DNA of 64,000 nt from Gemmatimonadota bacterium (GTDB lineage Bacteria > Gemmatimonadota > Gemmatimonadetes > Gemmatimonadales > GWC2-71-9), in NCBI GenBank assembly GCA_036679605.1, contig JAZDCZ010000123.1:1-64000 (forward strand), written 5' to 3'. The first letter of the stretch is position 1; the number at the start of each line of letters is the position of its first letter. Position numbers and translations under genes: made by a program. The notes under the pieces are model-generated. The model did no database searches and was not told the DNA's origin. It was given only the letters and a program-made list of their open reading frames with translations. Positions 45,897 through 55,299 of this stretch are shown here, piece after piece.

Positions 45897-46640
45897 CTAG
45901 GGATTTTGGTCTTGCTTGCCGGCCCTCGATGTCGCCGAAAACACGAAATCCGCCGAGCTGGTAACACCTTCACTAACCGTCACGTCTTGCTCCAACTCCC
46001 CAAACACCTCATGCCAGATTTTTATGGTGTGGGTGCCTACGGGAACACCATCAATGCGGTACCCTCCTGAGCTGTCTGTGGAGGAGAAGTACGGATGATC
46101 GAAGATCACGATCTTGCCGTGCATCCAGGAATGAGCATCGCATTTCACATCAATCATTCCAGCTCGCCTAAGAGGGCGCACGGCTCGCACCGTGACACCC
46201 TTACGCGACAAGGCCCAGTTGCCCACGGCCCGGCTGCGCTTTCCGCGAAGAAGGTTCAGATGTGTGTTGTGGAGAACGTCGTCCTGATTGTCTACGGCCA
46301 ATGTGTCGCCGACGGCTACAGCCATTACAGGCGGATTGAACTGGCACTCCGAGTTCGATAACAACCTTTCGGTCGGCACGATTGCGCCTGGGACACCCTC
46401 GATAGATGCAATCGCAAAGGCCACCCCGCCCTTCACCACCAATACTTCACGTGCGGCAATCATCTCGCCGCATACGTCTTGATTTTTTGTGACCGTTATC
46501 AGGCGCGGCGCATGTACAGCGCCCTCTATGCGCACGGTGCCGACAATAGTACCAGTCTGCGAAACCGCTGATGTAGGGGCCAGGAACACTGCCGCCAACA
46601 TGCCGGCAATGAACTTGGTCGACGGTTGAAACTTCATCAT
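45897..46640 (-). CDS. Secreted cupredoxin-like/carboxypeptidase-regulatory-like protein (paralog of 41000-41713)
   Basis: VTKNQDVCG, CQFNPPV, LHNTH, KCDAHSWM, HPY. Confidence 0.8.
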   Translation of the reverse strand: MMKFQPSTKFIAGMLAAVFLAPTSAVSQTGTIVGTVRIEGAVHAPRLITVTKNQDVCGEMIAAREVLVVKGGVAFAIASIEGVPGAIVPTERLLSNSECQFNPPVMAVAVGDTLAVDNQDDVLHNTHLNLLRGKRSRAVGNWALSRKGVTVRAVRPLRRAGMIDVKCDAHSWMHGKIVIFDHPYFSSTDSSGGYRIDGVPVGTHTIKIWHEVFGELEQDVTVSEGVTSSADFVFSATSRAGKQDQNP

Positions 46641-46672
46641 TGCTCTCCTTCACCCATAGCTGGTATAGGTGA

Positions 46673-47740
46673 TCAGAAATACAAGTGGAACTCCAAACTC
46701 AGGCGGTCCATATCGTCCGAAGCCTGAGGGATGTCCTCTATCAAGGTGTAGAATGCCGACACCTGAAGGAACTGGATGGGAAAGGTCTCGATTCCGAATC
46801 GCGCCCGCGTCCGAGCGTTCTGACCGATGTCCCGGTTAGGATCCAAGAAACCGTAGGTTATCTTCGCATTCACTCCTCGCACGGCGAGGAAATTGCCTTC
46901 GATGTAAGCAGCCATCTGATCGAGATCAGGACCCACGTCGGGTGCGTCCTTAATGAGGTCCAATTCGCCCAAGACGGTGAACCGACCCAGATTGAAGCCG
47001 CCAAAGCCCCCGTACACATCTCTGCGACCACTGCTTCCCTCGTTACGCGACACTGACGCGCCGATTCTGAACCGGGGCAATATCCATGCGCCAGTTGCCG
47101 TGATCTGCTTCCCGCTATTATTCTCGCTCGCACCCTGTGAACCGTTCGTCAGTGCGACAAACAGCGATAGTTGGGACGGCTCGAATCCCACTTCTACACC
47201 CTGGTCCGGGGTGGCGTAGCTGAAGCCTGTACTCTGACGAATGAATTCAGCGTCATCCACTAAACGCAGACCGTAGGGCAACAGAAACTTTCCAACCTTC
47301 AAATAACCATCGAGCGGAAGTCCTTCAACAAGCCCGAATGCCTCGCGTGTACTAGCGGCCCCCGGCCCAACCGTCTCATCGACATAGAAAGCAAGCACAT
47401 CGGGAATAACTCGGGCCTCGACCTGTATGTTGGCCTCCCTAAGACCCATCTCCGTTCGCGGAGTCGACTTCGCCGGCGTGCCCTCTGCCCGCAACCTCAA
47501 GTTCGCACCCACCGAGAGGAAATTGTTCAACGATCTACCTTGAAATCCGAACTGTCCGATCGACAGCCTCGTCTGACCGTACACACTCCCAAAATCGGTT
47601 CTGCCACCACCGCCAGTGCGATTCACGTGACACTGCGAGCACCGTAGTCCCGTTCTCACCGAAAGATGTGGCTCCTCCTCTCGCGCGCTCAGATTGAGCG
47701 GAGTGAGAACGAGAAGAGTCATGGCCAATCGCGTGATCAC
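46673..47740 (-). CDS. Monoheme cytochrome c-porin fusion (outer membrane)
   Basis: GTG 47740 after RBS AGGAGG; signal peptide; EPHLSVRTGLRCSQCHVNRTGGG then amphipathic strands, GKFLLPYG, C-terminal HLYF. Confidence 0.82.
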   Translation of the reverse strand: MITRLAMTLLVLTPLNLSAREEEPHLSVRTGLRCSQCHVNRTGGGGRTDFGSVYGQTRLSIGQFGFQGRSLNNFLSVGANLRLRAEGTPAKSTPRTEMGLREANIQVEARVIPDVLAFYVDETVGPGAASTREAFGLVEGLPLDGYLKVGKFLLPYGLRLVDDAEFIRQSTGFSYATPDQGVEVGFEPSQLSLFVALTNGSQGASENNSGKQITATGAWILPRFRIGASVSRNEGSSGRRDVYGGFGGFNLGRFTVLGELDLIKDAPDVGPDLDQMAAYIEGNFLAVRGVNAKITYGFLDPNRDIGQNARTRARFGIETFPIQFLQVSAFYTLIEDIPQASDDMDRLSLEFHLYF

Positions 47741-47748
47741 TTTTCCTC

Positions 47749-48192
47749 CTAGTTTTCTAACGCGCCCGCGGCGATCCATCCGCGAACAGCGTCTATTTCT
47801 TCGGTGGACAGTGGCGTCAGCCCAAATGGCATGCGCGCACCCATGATCGCCGACCGACCTTCTATCTTCCATACGATGTAGCTCGAATCGGGCTTCCCCG
47901 GATTGACACGCATTAGCTCGGGCATCTCAACGCTCGACACGAAAACCAAGTTTTGGCGTGCAATCCCATCGGCGAGTGCCAAGCCCAACGGAGCGGAAGC
48001 ACCAATGTGACACTTCGTGCAGATCGGTGTAAAAATGTTCGCTTGTATAGACGCAAGCGTTGGCGCCAACGCGACCTGCGACTGGCCCAACGGATTCCCG
48101 AAGTCGTCCAATCCAGTGCCGTCACCTACGCAACTGGCGATCCCGGTCATGCATGCCACAAGCAGGAGGTTGCGTGAGCGTTTGATGTTCAT
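47749..48192 (-). CDS. Monoheme cytochrome c lipoprotein
   Basis: ATGA-coupled start; lipobox IASC; IFTPICTKCH, RVNPGKPDSSYIVWKI, RMP, WIAAGA. Confidence 0.82.
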   Translation of the reverse strand: MNIKRSRNLLLVACMTGIASCVGDGTGLDDFGNPLGQSQVALAPTLASIQANIFTPICTKCHIGASAPLGLALADGIARQNLVFVSSVEMPELMRVNPGKPDSSYIVWKIEGRSAIMGARMPFGLTPLSTEEIDAVRGWIAAGALEN

Positions 48193-49148
48193 CGGCCGTC
48201 TCCCCGCATCTTTGTTTCGGGATTCTCCCCGAAAAGCCAATGGAAGATTCCTCCTTGCCGGTCAAGAGATTTCAGATAGTAGACGAGACTCCAGATCCGG
48301 TGCTCGACGAGTGGACCGATCTCGGCGTCGGACATGTCAGCTAGGCCAGCTTCAGTCGGCTGCCCTGCCAAGTATCCTTCGAGCGCTTGGAGATCTGCGG
48401 GATCGAGGGTCTTACTCACCTGAGTCAGATCAGCGTCTCGACCGCCCGGAAATGCCATCATCTCGCGCTCGAACGCCGGCATCGGAGAACCGCTGAGGCC
48501 GGTGACGAGTGTCCGGTAAATATCCGCCGCTGCCGAACCGTTCTTATAGTTGCCACGCGTAAAGTCATACGGTCGGATCTCCTGATCCCAATCATCGGTG
48601 AGTTCATCGGCTGATGGACCGTTGCCTCGGCCGGCTGGCCCGTGACATTGCGAGCAACGAAGCATGGCGTAGACGGACTGACCCTCCAGCACCATCTCTG
48701 CCGTCGGTGCTGGTTCTGGTGGGACTGGGACAGCTGACTCCGGATCTTCCTCCGCAAAGATCTCAGAGAATCCCTTTATGTAGCGAATCAAAGCCCACCG
48801 TTCATCTACCGTGAGAAGGTTCTCCCAAGGGGGCATCCAGGTTCCGGGCACACCACGGGAGATCGTGCGGTAGAGGTCTTCGTCCGTGGGCAGCGATCCC
48901 GTTGGGGTGCTCCGAAACTTGAAGACACCCATTGTGAAGTCCCGTGGTCTCGGAGTAAGCAGTTGGGCCCCGCGTCCGTTGCCGTCGCCGAGCTTGCCGT
49001 GACATGAAGAGCAAGCGTCACGATAGAGCCGGGCTGCGTCGACAGCGGATGCCTGAGGAGACGGTTGGGGGAGCTGCGCCAGGGCCCAAGACGGCGGCCC
49101 CAGCAACAACGCTACAGCTCCCCACAACGCGTAGGGGGCGGGCGTCAC
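48189..49148 (-). CDS. Secreted diheme cytochrome c (paralog of the N-half of 34732-36420)
   Basis: GTGA-coupled start; CSSCH..PRPRDFT..LPTDEDLYRTIS; CSQCH..ELTDDW..GSPMP. Confidence 0.87.
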   Translation of the reverse strand: MTPAPYALWGAVALLLGPPSWALAQLPQPSPQASAVDAARLYRDACSSCHGKLGDGNGRGAQLLTPRPRDFTMGVFKFRSTPTGSLPTDEDLYRTISRGVPGTWMPPWENLLTVDERWALIRYIKGFSEIFAEEDPESAVPVPPEPAPTAEMVLEGQSVYAMLRCSQCHGPAGRGNGPSADELTDDWDQEIRPYDFTRGNYKNGSAAADIYRTLVTGLSGSPMPAFEREMMAFPGGRDADLTQVSKTLDPADLQALEGYLAGQPTEAGLADMSDAEIGPLVEHRIWSLVYYLKSLDRQGGIFHWLFGENPETKMRGDGR

Positions 49149-51019
49149 GGCCCGGCTCCAACGGTAATCGTTCCTGTCATACCCAACCCGGAATGGCCGG
49201 TTATCGTACAAAGCACGTTGTACGCGCTTACCACCGTCGGAACTATGAACATCGTGGTACTCCCGCCGATCTGAAGCTCGACCGCCTTCAGGTACGGCGC
49301 CTTGATCTCGGCCTGAGAATCCTCGGCCTTCCGGAGCACAACTGTCTTGTAGAACTCCACGGCAGTGTAATAGTGCTTCGATGTATACCCTGCCGGATCA
49401 CTCACTTGTAGTTTGTACGCCACGTCCTTCGTGAGCGCCAGATCCGGTGGTACGAAACCAAGTGCGGTGAAGCCCGCGTTCTCGGACATGGCGACGGCTA
49501 CATCTACCGCGCCGGTCCAAACAGCGTGTGAACCGGACTTTCTCGGATCACTCATGAGCGCGACATTGAAATCTGTGGCGACCTCTAGGTCGAGCTGGTA
49601 GCCACTACCACCCACGATCTTGGCCGTCGCCGTCATTCCGAGATCTTTGTGCCCGGGTATCGTACAGATGATGTCGTACTCCCCACCCACCACGGGAATG
49701 AAATAGACCTCAACCGAACCACCTATAATGAGTTCGACCGCATCGAAATACGGCGCCTTGTACTCGGCGTCCACTGTTTCCATCTTGCGGGTGGCGATGG
49801 CCTGGTAGAAACTAGTCCCCTCAGGTGAGAAATAGTGCTTGCTGCTGTTGGTGCTAGGGTTGTTGATGCGCAACACGTAGGGCCTGCCCGCCTCTAAGGT
49901 CAACTCGTTGGGCGAGTAAGACAGAGCCGAGCCCGACTCGACCATGTTCACGTCGATGACCGTCTTCTGATCCCAATTGACGAAGCCGACCCAATCCGAC
50001 GAAGTAGTAGGAGTAGGTCCTGCTACGGGTGTCCTCACCGTTATCGTACCCGTCATTCCCAGATCGGCGTGCCCTGGTATCGTGCATAAAACGGTGAACG
50101 TGCCAGCTTGAGTGGGAACCACAAAGAGCGTGGCAGTCCCTCCAATCTGCAACTCGACCGCTTTTAGATAGGGCGCCTTGATCTCGGCGTGAGAATCTTC
50201 GGCCTTCCTTAGCACAACAACCTTGTAAAACTGTTCCGCCGTGTAATAGTGCTTCGATGCGTGGCTTGACGGGTTGTCCAGCTCGATCTTGTAACCGATG
50301 TCCTTGGTGAGCACTAAACCATCGGGATTGAACGCGAGCGCATCAAACGATGCCGTCTCGAACATCCGGACAAGTGTGTCCGCCGCCCCAGTCCAGACAG
50401 CGTTGGAGCCGGAACGGCGTGCGTCGGTCATGAGTGCGGCGTTGAAATCTGACGCCACTTCAAGATCCAACGCGAAACCTTCGCCACCAGTAATGGTTGC
50501 CGTAGCAGTCATACCGGCCTCTTTATGTCCCGTTATCGTACAAATGATGTCGTACGTGCCCGCCGACACGGGGACGAAGAAGAACTCCACCGTACCACCG
50601 ATTTGGAGTTCGACAGCGTCAAAGTACGGCGCCTTATATTCGGCATCGCCGGTTTCCATCTTCCTCGCAGCCACAGCCTTGTAAAAGCTGGTTCCCTCCG
50701 GTGAGAAGTAGTGTTTGCTACTGTTGCTCGATGAGTTAGTGATCCGCAGCACGTAAGGCTTGCCGGCCTCAAACGAGAACACGTTAGGAGAGAAAGACAG
50801 GTTGGAACCCGATTCGACCATGCTGACGTCGATAATCGTCTTCTGATCCCAGTCGACAAAGGCGACCCAGTCCGATGCTAGGGTCGGAGTCTGCACTGTG
50901 TTGTCGGGCACGTCGACCACGTCGCCGCTATCACAACTCACGATTACACCGGCGAGCGCAAGCGCTACGATCTTAACCCAGAAAGATTTCTTGTAATTCA
51001 TTTTTGAACTCCTATTCAT
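49145..51019 (-). CDS. Lipoprotein with four tandem cupredoxin (type-1 Cu) domains
   Basis: Lipobox IVSC; four copies of SKHY[F/Y]...CT[I][T/P]GHxxxGM; start could be 51001. Confidence 0.88.
   Translation of the reverse strand: MNRSSKMNYKKSFWVKIVALALAGVIVSCDSGDVVDVPDNTVQTPTLASDWVAFVDWDQKTIIDVSMVESGSNLSFSPNVFSFEAGKPYVLRITNSSSNSSKHYFSPEGTSFYKAVAARKMETGDAEYKAPYFDAVELQIGGTVEFFFVPVSAGTYDIICTITGHKEAGMTATATITGGEGFALDLEVASDFNAALMTDARRSGSNAVWTGAADTLVRMFETASFDALAFNPDGLVLTKDIGYKIELDNPSSHASKHYYTAEQFYKVVVLRKAEDSHAEIKAPYLKAVELQIGGTATLFVVPTQAGTFTVLCTIPGHADLGMTGTITVRTPVAGPTPTTSSDWVGFVNWDQKTVIDVNMVESGSALSYSPNELTLEAGRPYVLRINNPSTNSSKHYFSPEGTSFYQAIATRKMETVDAEYKAPYFDAVELIIGGSVEVYFIPVVGGEYDIICTIPGHKDLGMTATAKIVGGSGYQLDLEVATDFNVALMSDPRKSGSHAVWTGAVDVAVAMSENAGFTALGFVPPDLALTKDVAYKLQVSDPAGYTSKHYYTAVEFYKTVVLRKAEDSQAEIKAPYLKAVELQIGGSTTMFIVPTVVSAYNVLCTITGHSGLGMTGTITVGAGP
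49160..50887 (-). repeat. Internal tandem duplication (offset 876 bp, 292 aa) in the tetra-cupredoxin gene
   Basis: SDWVAFVDWDQKTIIDV... vs SDWVGFVNWDQKTVIDV...; KAEDSHAEIKAPYLKAVELQIGG vs KAEDSQAEIKAPYLKAVELQIGG. Confidence 0.9.
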
Positions 51020-51060
51020 CTCCTGCTGAAGAAAACAACTGATGTGTATTGAAGACCCCT

Positions 51061-51567
51061 TTATATCGATCGTTCCTGCATCCCCGCGACTCTATGACAT
51101 CCACGAATTAGTCGGACTAGCCTGGTTGCATCATTGTTTGTGTTGGATTCAGATTGCTGTTGGAACAACTTTGTGGCGTCGCGATCGAGAAAAAGTTCAC
51201 CCTTGGTCACTGTCTTGATCGCACGAACCAGGTCCAAGTCAACCTTCGTCTTGGACACGTAGCCTCTGGCGCCCATCGCCACAACCGGGAATAGAAGCCA
51301 CTCCTGCGGGTCCAGTGAAAGCGCGATCACTTGGCTGTTCTGACCCAAACGCCACATTGAATACAGGTACCGAAGCATCGGCATCGACACATCCACCAGC
51401 GTGACATCGGGCTCCAGTTTGGTGGCTTGCTCTACCGCATCCCTGCCGCCAGAGGCTTCCCCAACCACACGGAGGTCTTCGTCTGCTTCCAAGAGTTCGC
51501 GCAGGGCGCCCAGGAATTTCGGGTGACCATCGACCAGCAGGATGCGTATCGGTCTCGTAGCTTTCAT
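51061..51567 (-). CDS. Degenerate NarL-type receiver protein lacking the HTH (possible pseudogene)
   Basis: IRILLVDGHP, VDVSMP, GARGYVSK; no LuxR HTH before the stop. Confidence 0.6.
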   Translation of the reverse strand: MKATRPIRILLVDGHPKFLGALRELLEADEDLRVVGEASGGRDAVEQATKLEPDVTLVDVSMPMLRYLYSMWRLGQNSQVIALSLDPQEWLLFPVVAMGARGYVSKTKVDLDLVRAIKTVTKGELFLDRDATKLFQQQSESNTNNDATRLVRLIRGCHRVAGMQERSI

Positions 51568-51849
51568 TGGTTTTCCATTTGGAGTCACGGCTGGCAGCCA
51601 GTTCATGAGGTGCTAGGTTGCCGACGATCATCGCCATTCTCTTTGGCATTAGACGGGCCGGTGGGAAGAAAGTCCTGGGTTAGGTTGTCAAACCCATATA
51701 TGGTATGGAGTTAGCCGTATCCTACGCGGCAACGGTATGACTAGGATGTCAACAGAAGCGGGACGAGGGCGGTCCCATCTGTGACCCGCAGTGACTCAGT
51801 ACTGGAGGTCCTTGGAGGTCTGTGGTCTAGGGAATGTTAGGACGGGTGA

Positions 51850-53250
51850 TCAGAAGGAGACGTCTAGACGGACCCACAGATTGTTCGGCTTGCGCTGCAT
51901 CGACTCTTTGCTAGCTGCATCCTGGGTGAACAGCTCCAGCTCCACAACCGCGCGGACGTTTTGGCGAACCAGGAAGATCACACCTGGAGTCAGCCGCGTG
52001 CGATCCATTCTACCTTCAGTGAATCCGGCCTGGCGTATCGTGGTCGGAAGATCCACATCAAGATCGTCGAACTTGACGGACCCAATGAACCAAGGAAAGA
52101 ACATGTACTCCGTCCTGGCAAACAGGCTAGAGAAATCTACCCGACCGGACGTTGCCGCTCCCCACGGATTGTCGTTGCTTCCCCAGACGTAGCCAACACC
52201 GGCGTCCAACGGACCGACTATCGCACGAGCACTGACTCCGAACGATCGGTGTGAATCCTCTGCATCCCCATCAACTGGCTGTGCGCCGATGTATCCAAAG
52301 TGCTCCACGATCAACGTATGATCCAGTAACTGCCCGCCGCCGCCGAGTACCGGCTTGCCGCCGGCCGCGTAGCGCCCGTCGAGGCCCAGGCCGCCAAACT
52401 TGTAACGCAGCTTGTAGTACACGTCCTTGCGATCGTTGTCGTCCTGTGTTGTGCTCGCGGCACCCTGAGCGAGACCAACACCATAGTACAGCCGACCGGC
52501 AAGAAGACCGTTTACCTCGACGGCCGGTTGGGTGCGCCGAAGCTGAAAGGTGTTCGTGGAACGCAGACTGTCATCTGCGACAGGATTGCGTAGTGCCAGA
52601 TCTGACACTCTATACTCCTGCCAAAGAAAATTCTGCCGGCCGGCCCGGTCGATCTGTCGATCGGCAAATGTGAAAAGGTATAGATTCTGCAGCCCAACCC
52701 AGACGTTGAGCAGTCGATCGGGAAGCCCTGGTATTATGTTTTGAAATTCAACTTTCGCCTGCAACACCTCCAGACCGTCTTTCCGCGTCCACTCAGTTTC
52801 CATGAATGCACTGAGGTTGTCACCTAGGGTGGTGCCTGCCAATACATACACCTCCTCGGGAAAGCGGAAACTCGATGACGCTTCCGCATCTGCTTCCCGT
52901 GTCAGTTGGAAGTCGTTAACGATCCGTAGCGCGATGGGAACGTCGCCCGGGATCTCTCCCGGCCAAATCGCCCGTGGCCACAGGTCCTTCCACTCATCCG
53001 AACCCAGCGCAACGGGCTCATCACTGCGCAGCAGTGCGTCGTTCTCGGGAAATCGGTAGCCGTTCAAGCGGAATGCCTCACCCAGCACATTCAGCTTGGG
53101 CGCAGCAGTGTGGCAGGTAGTACAACTAGTGCGATATTTCCGTGCAAATGCAGGTATCGCACGGTGGTTCCAGCCGGCGGCTGTCACGCTGCTGAAAACT
53201 GCCAACGCACATAAGCCAAGGCCGGCTCTCTTCAAAGAAAGACCCCGCAT
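51850..53250 (-). CDS. Cyc2-like fused cytochrome c-porin
   Basis: Signal peptide; AIPAFARKYRTSCTTCHTAAPKLNVLGEAFRLNGY; barrel-like strands; C-terminal DVSF. Confidence 0.85.
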   Translation of the reverse strand: MRGLSLKRAGLGLCALAVFSSVTAAGWNHRAIPAFARKYRTSCTTCHTAAPKLNVLGEAFRLNGYRFPENDALLRSDEPVALGSDEWKDLWPRAIWPGEIPGDVPIALRIVNDFQLTREADAEASSSFRFPEEVYVLAGTTLGDNLSAFMETEWTRKDGLEVLQAKVEFQNIIPGLPDRLLNVWVGLQNLYLFTFADRQIDRAGRQNFLWQEYRVSDLALRNPVADDSLRSTNTFQLRRTQPAVEVNGLLAGRLYYGVGLAQGAASTTQDDNDRKDVYYKLRYKFGGLGLDGRYAAGGKPVLGGGGQLLDHTLIVEHFGYIGAQPVDGDAEDSHRSFGVSARAIVGPLDAGVGYVWGSNDNPWGAATSGRVDFSSLFARTEYMFFPWFIGSVKFDDLDVDLPTTIRQAGFTEGRMDRTRLTPGVIFLVRQNVRAVVELELFTQDAASKESMQRKPNNLWVRLDVSF

Positions 53251-53309
53251 TCTCTACACTCTCCCGTCAAACATGCTCGTCATTCATCTCAGCGGAGACG
53301 CTCCACCGA

Positions 53310-53933
53310 TCACCGGCGCTTCAATTCGAGTTCCAATTTCACCGCCCTATTACTGCCAACGACAACGCTCTTCTCCAGCGGCCTCGTCCTTCTGTGCCAC
53401 ACCCGCAACGTGTATCGGCCTGGAGGAACACCCTCAATACGAAAGCGACCGTTCCTCTGAGCTAGGGTATGGTATCGTGTCGGCGCCACAATTATGTACG
53501 CCGCCATCTCTGGATGCACATGACAAAGAATCACACGGATACCAGGTTGGTAGAACGTGTGGTACTTGGACAAGTGCCGAGGATATGTCCCCAGATTGAA
53601 ACCGTCACCCGAGCGCCCAGGGCTGAACACGTTATGGAGGATTGGATCACTGTTACGGAATTCAACTACCGCGCCGGGCCGCACTACCAGGATGGACGGA
53701 ACAAAGCGCAAGTTGACCTGATCTACTACGACACGCTGTTCTTCTGGTGGACTCGACGTTTCTGGTGTTGATACTAGATAGACAACCGCATTCTCCATGG
53801 ACACGCCTTGAGCGTAGACGACTCCTGCTACTACACCCGATCCTGCTGGCTGCTGGAGCGATGCACCCGCCAATAGCATCAGAGCCGATGATATAAGGTG
53901 ATCAACCACGGGGTTCTGCGCCGGTTGAGTCAC
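53310..53933 (-). CDS. Cupredoxin-like/carboxypeptidase-regulatory-like secreted protein
   Basis: VDQVNLRFVP, NSDPILHNVFS, LCHVHPEM, VPPGRYTLRVWH. Confidence 0.8.
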   Translation of the reverse strand: MTQPAQNPVVDHLISSALMLLAGASLQQPAGSGVVAGVVYAQGVSMENAVVYLVSTPETSSPPEEQRVVVDQVNLRFVPSILVVRPGAVVEFRNSDPILHNVFSPGRSGDGFNLGTYPRHLSKYHTFYQPGIRVILCHVHPEMAAYIIVAPTRYHTLAQRNGRFRIEGVPPGRYTLRVWHRRTRPLEKSVVVGSNRAVKLELELKRR

Positions 53934-55299
53934 GATGGTCTTTCAGCCACCTATGGAGTGTGCGTCGACTCAAGCCGGCCTGGCGTGCTGCTTCGGAGAT
54001 ATTTCCGTTGCTGCGCTCGAGCAATCCTCTCACGTAACGGGCCTGAAACTGCCGCAACATCTCCTCGCGTGCTTCTTCATAGGGAAGCTGTGCCGTATCT
54101 GGTGCTTCGTTCGATAACATGGCCTCCGGTCGAAGAGCAGCAGGCAAATCTGCCAGGGTAACACGTCCATCGTGATCTAGTACGACCATCCGCTGCGCGA
54201 GATTCTTCAGCTCACGCACGTTTCCCGGCCACGCGTAGCTCTCGAGCGCATCCCACGCTTCGCGAGATACCTTGGGAGGTGTTGTGCCTTCTGCGGCTGA
54301 GTATTGAGCAAGAAAATTCTGCGCCAGCACCACGATGTCGCCGCGCCGTTCCCGGAGTGGGGGCAAATGCAACGGCACCACGTTGAGTCGATAATAGAGA
54401 TCCTCTCGGAACTGGCCATTGGATAATGCAGACTCCATGTCGGCGTTTGTGGCAGAGATTATCCTCACGTCGATGTCTATTAATGTTGAACTTCCAAGCC
54501 GCCGGATCTGCCGCTCCTCCAACACGCGCAGCAACTTCGACTGCAGCGGCTGGCCGAGTTCGGTAATCTCGTCGAGGAAAGCCGTACCGCCATTCGCATT
54601 CTCAAAGAGGCCCGTTCTCCTGGAATCGGCACCTGTGAAAGCACCTCGCTCGTGGCCAAAGAGTTCGCTCTCCAACAAGCCATCGGGTAGAGCTGCGCAG
54701 TCGATTGGTACGAACGGTCCGTCACTGCGTGTGCTGTGCGAGTGTAGGTAACGGGCCATGAGTTCCTTGCCCGTTCCGCTCTCTCCGGTAATGAGAACGT
54801 TTGCGTTCTTGGGAGCGACTTTCCTAGCGTGATCCATCAACTTCTGTAACGCGGTGCTGGAACCGACGATCTCATCATCGCTTGCTCCGCGGGCAACTTG
54901 CTCACGGAGCATGCGATTCTCGACGGATACAGTGCGATGCCGTATCGCCCGCTGTACCGCGACCACCAGCTGCTCCCTCGAGAATGGTTTTGTGAGATAG
55001 TCAAATGCCCCTTCACCAATCGCATGGACCGCGGACGCCACCGTCGCATAGGCGGTCATCATGATCACGGGCAATGCGGGATCCTCCGCAAGCGCCACCA
55101 TGAGTAATGTCATACCATCGGTGCCCGGTAGTCGCAGATCCAACAGGAGAACATCTGGTTCGATCTCTGCAAAAACCTTTCGAAACTCCCAGGGATCTGC
55201 GAGACTCCGGCAATTGTATCCCTCACGTGTTAGCAAGCGCTCGCAGTTCTCCAACATTGCCGGCTCATCGTCTACAATCAGTATCTTCACGCCTTCCAT
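53902..55299 (-). CDS. sigma54-dependent response regulator (NtrC family)
   Basis: ILIVDDE, GESGTGKE, ESELFGHERGAFTGA, Fis HTH; start ATG 55299. Confidence 0.93.
   Translation of the reverse strand: MEGVKILIVDDEPAMLENCERLLTREGYNCRSLADPWEFRKVFAEIEPDVLLLDLRLPGTDGMTLLMVALAEDPALPVIMMTAYATVASAVHAIGEGAFDYLTKPFSREQLVVAVQRAIRHRTVSVENRMLREQVARGASDDEIVGSSTALQKLMDHARKVAPKNANVLITGESGTGKELMARYLHSHSTRSDGPFVPIDCAALPDGLLESELFGHERGAFTGADSRRTGLFENANGGTAFLDEITELGQPLQSKLLRVLEERQIRRLGSSTLIDIDVRIISATNADMESALSNGQFREDLYYRLNVVPLHLPPLRERRGDIVVLAQNFLAQYSAAEGTTPPKVSREAWDALESYAWPGNVRELKNLAQRMVVLDHDGRVTLADLPAALRPEAMLSNEAPDTAQLPYEEAREEMLRQFQARYVRGLLERSNGNISEAARQAGLSRRTLHRWLKDHRDSTGAEPRG

Noticed and set aside
49145..51019. 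Multicopper oxidase or NirK
   Set aside because: Only type-1 ligand sets are evident; no HxH/HCH trinuclear or type-2 motifs
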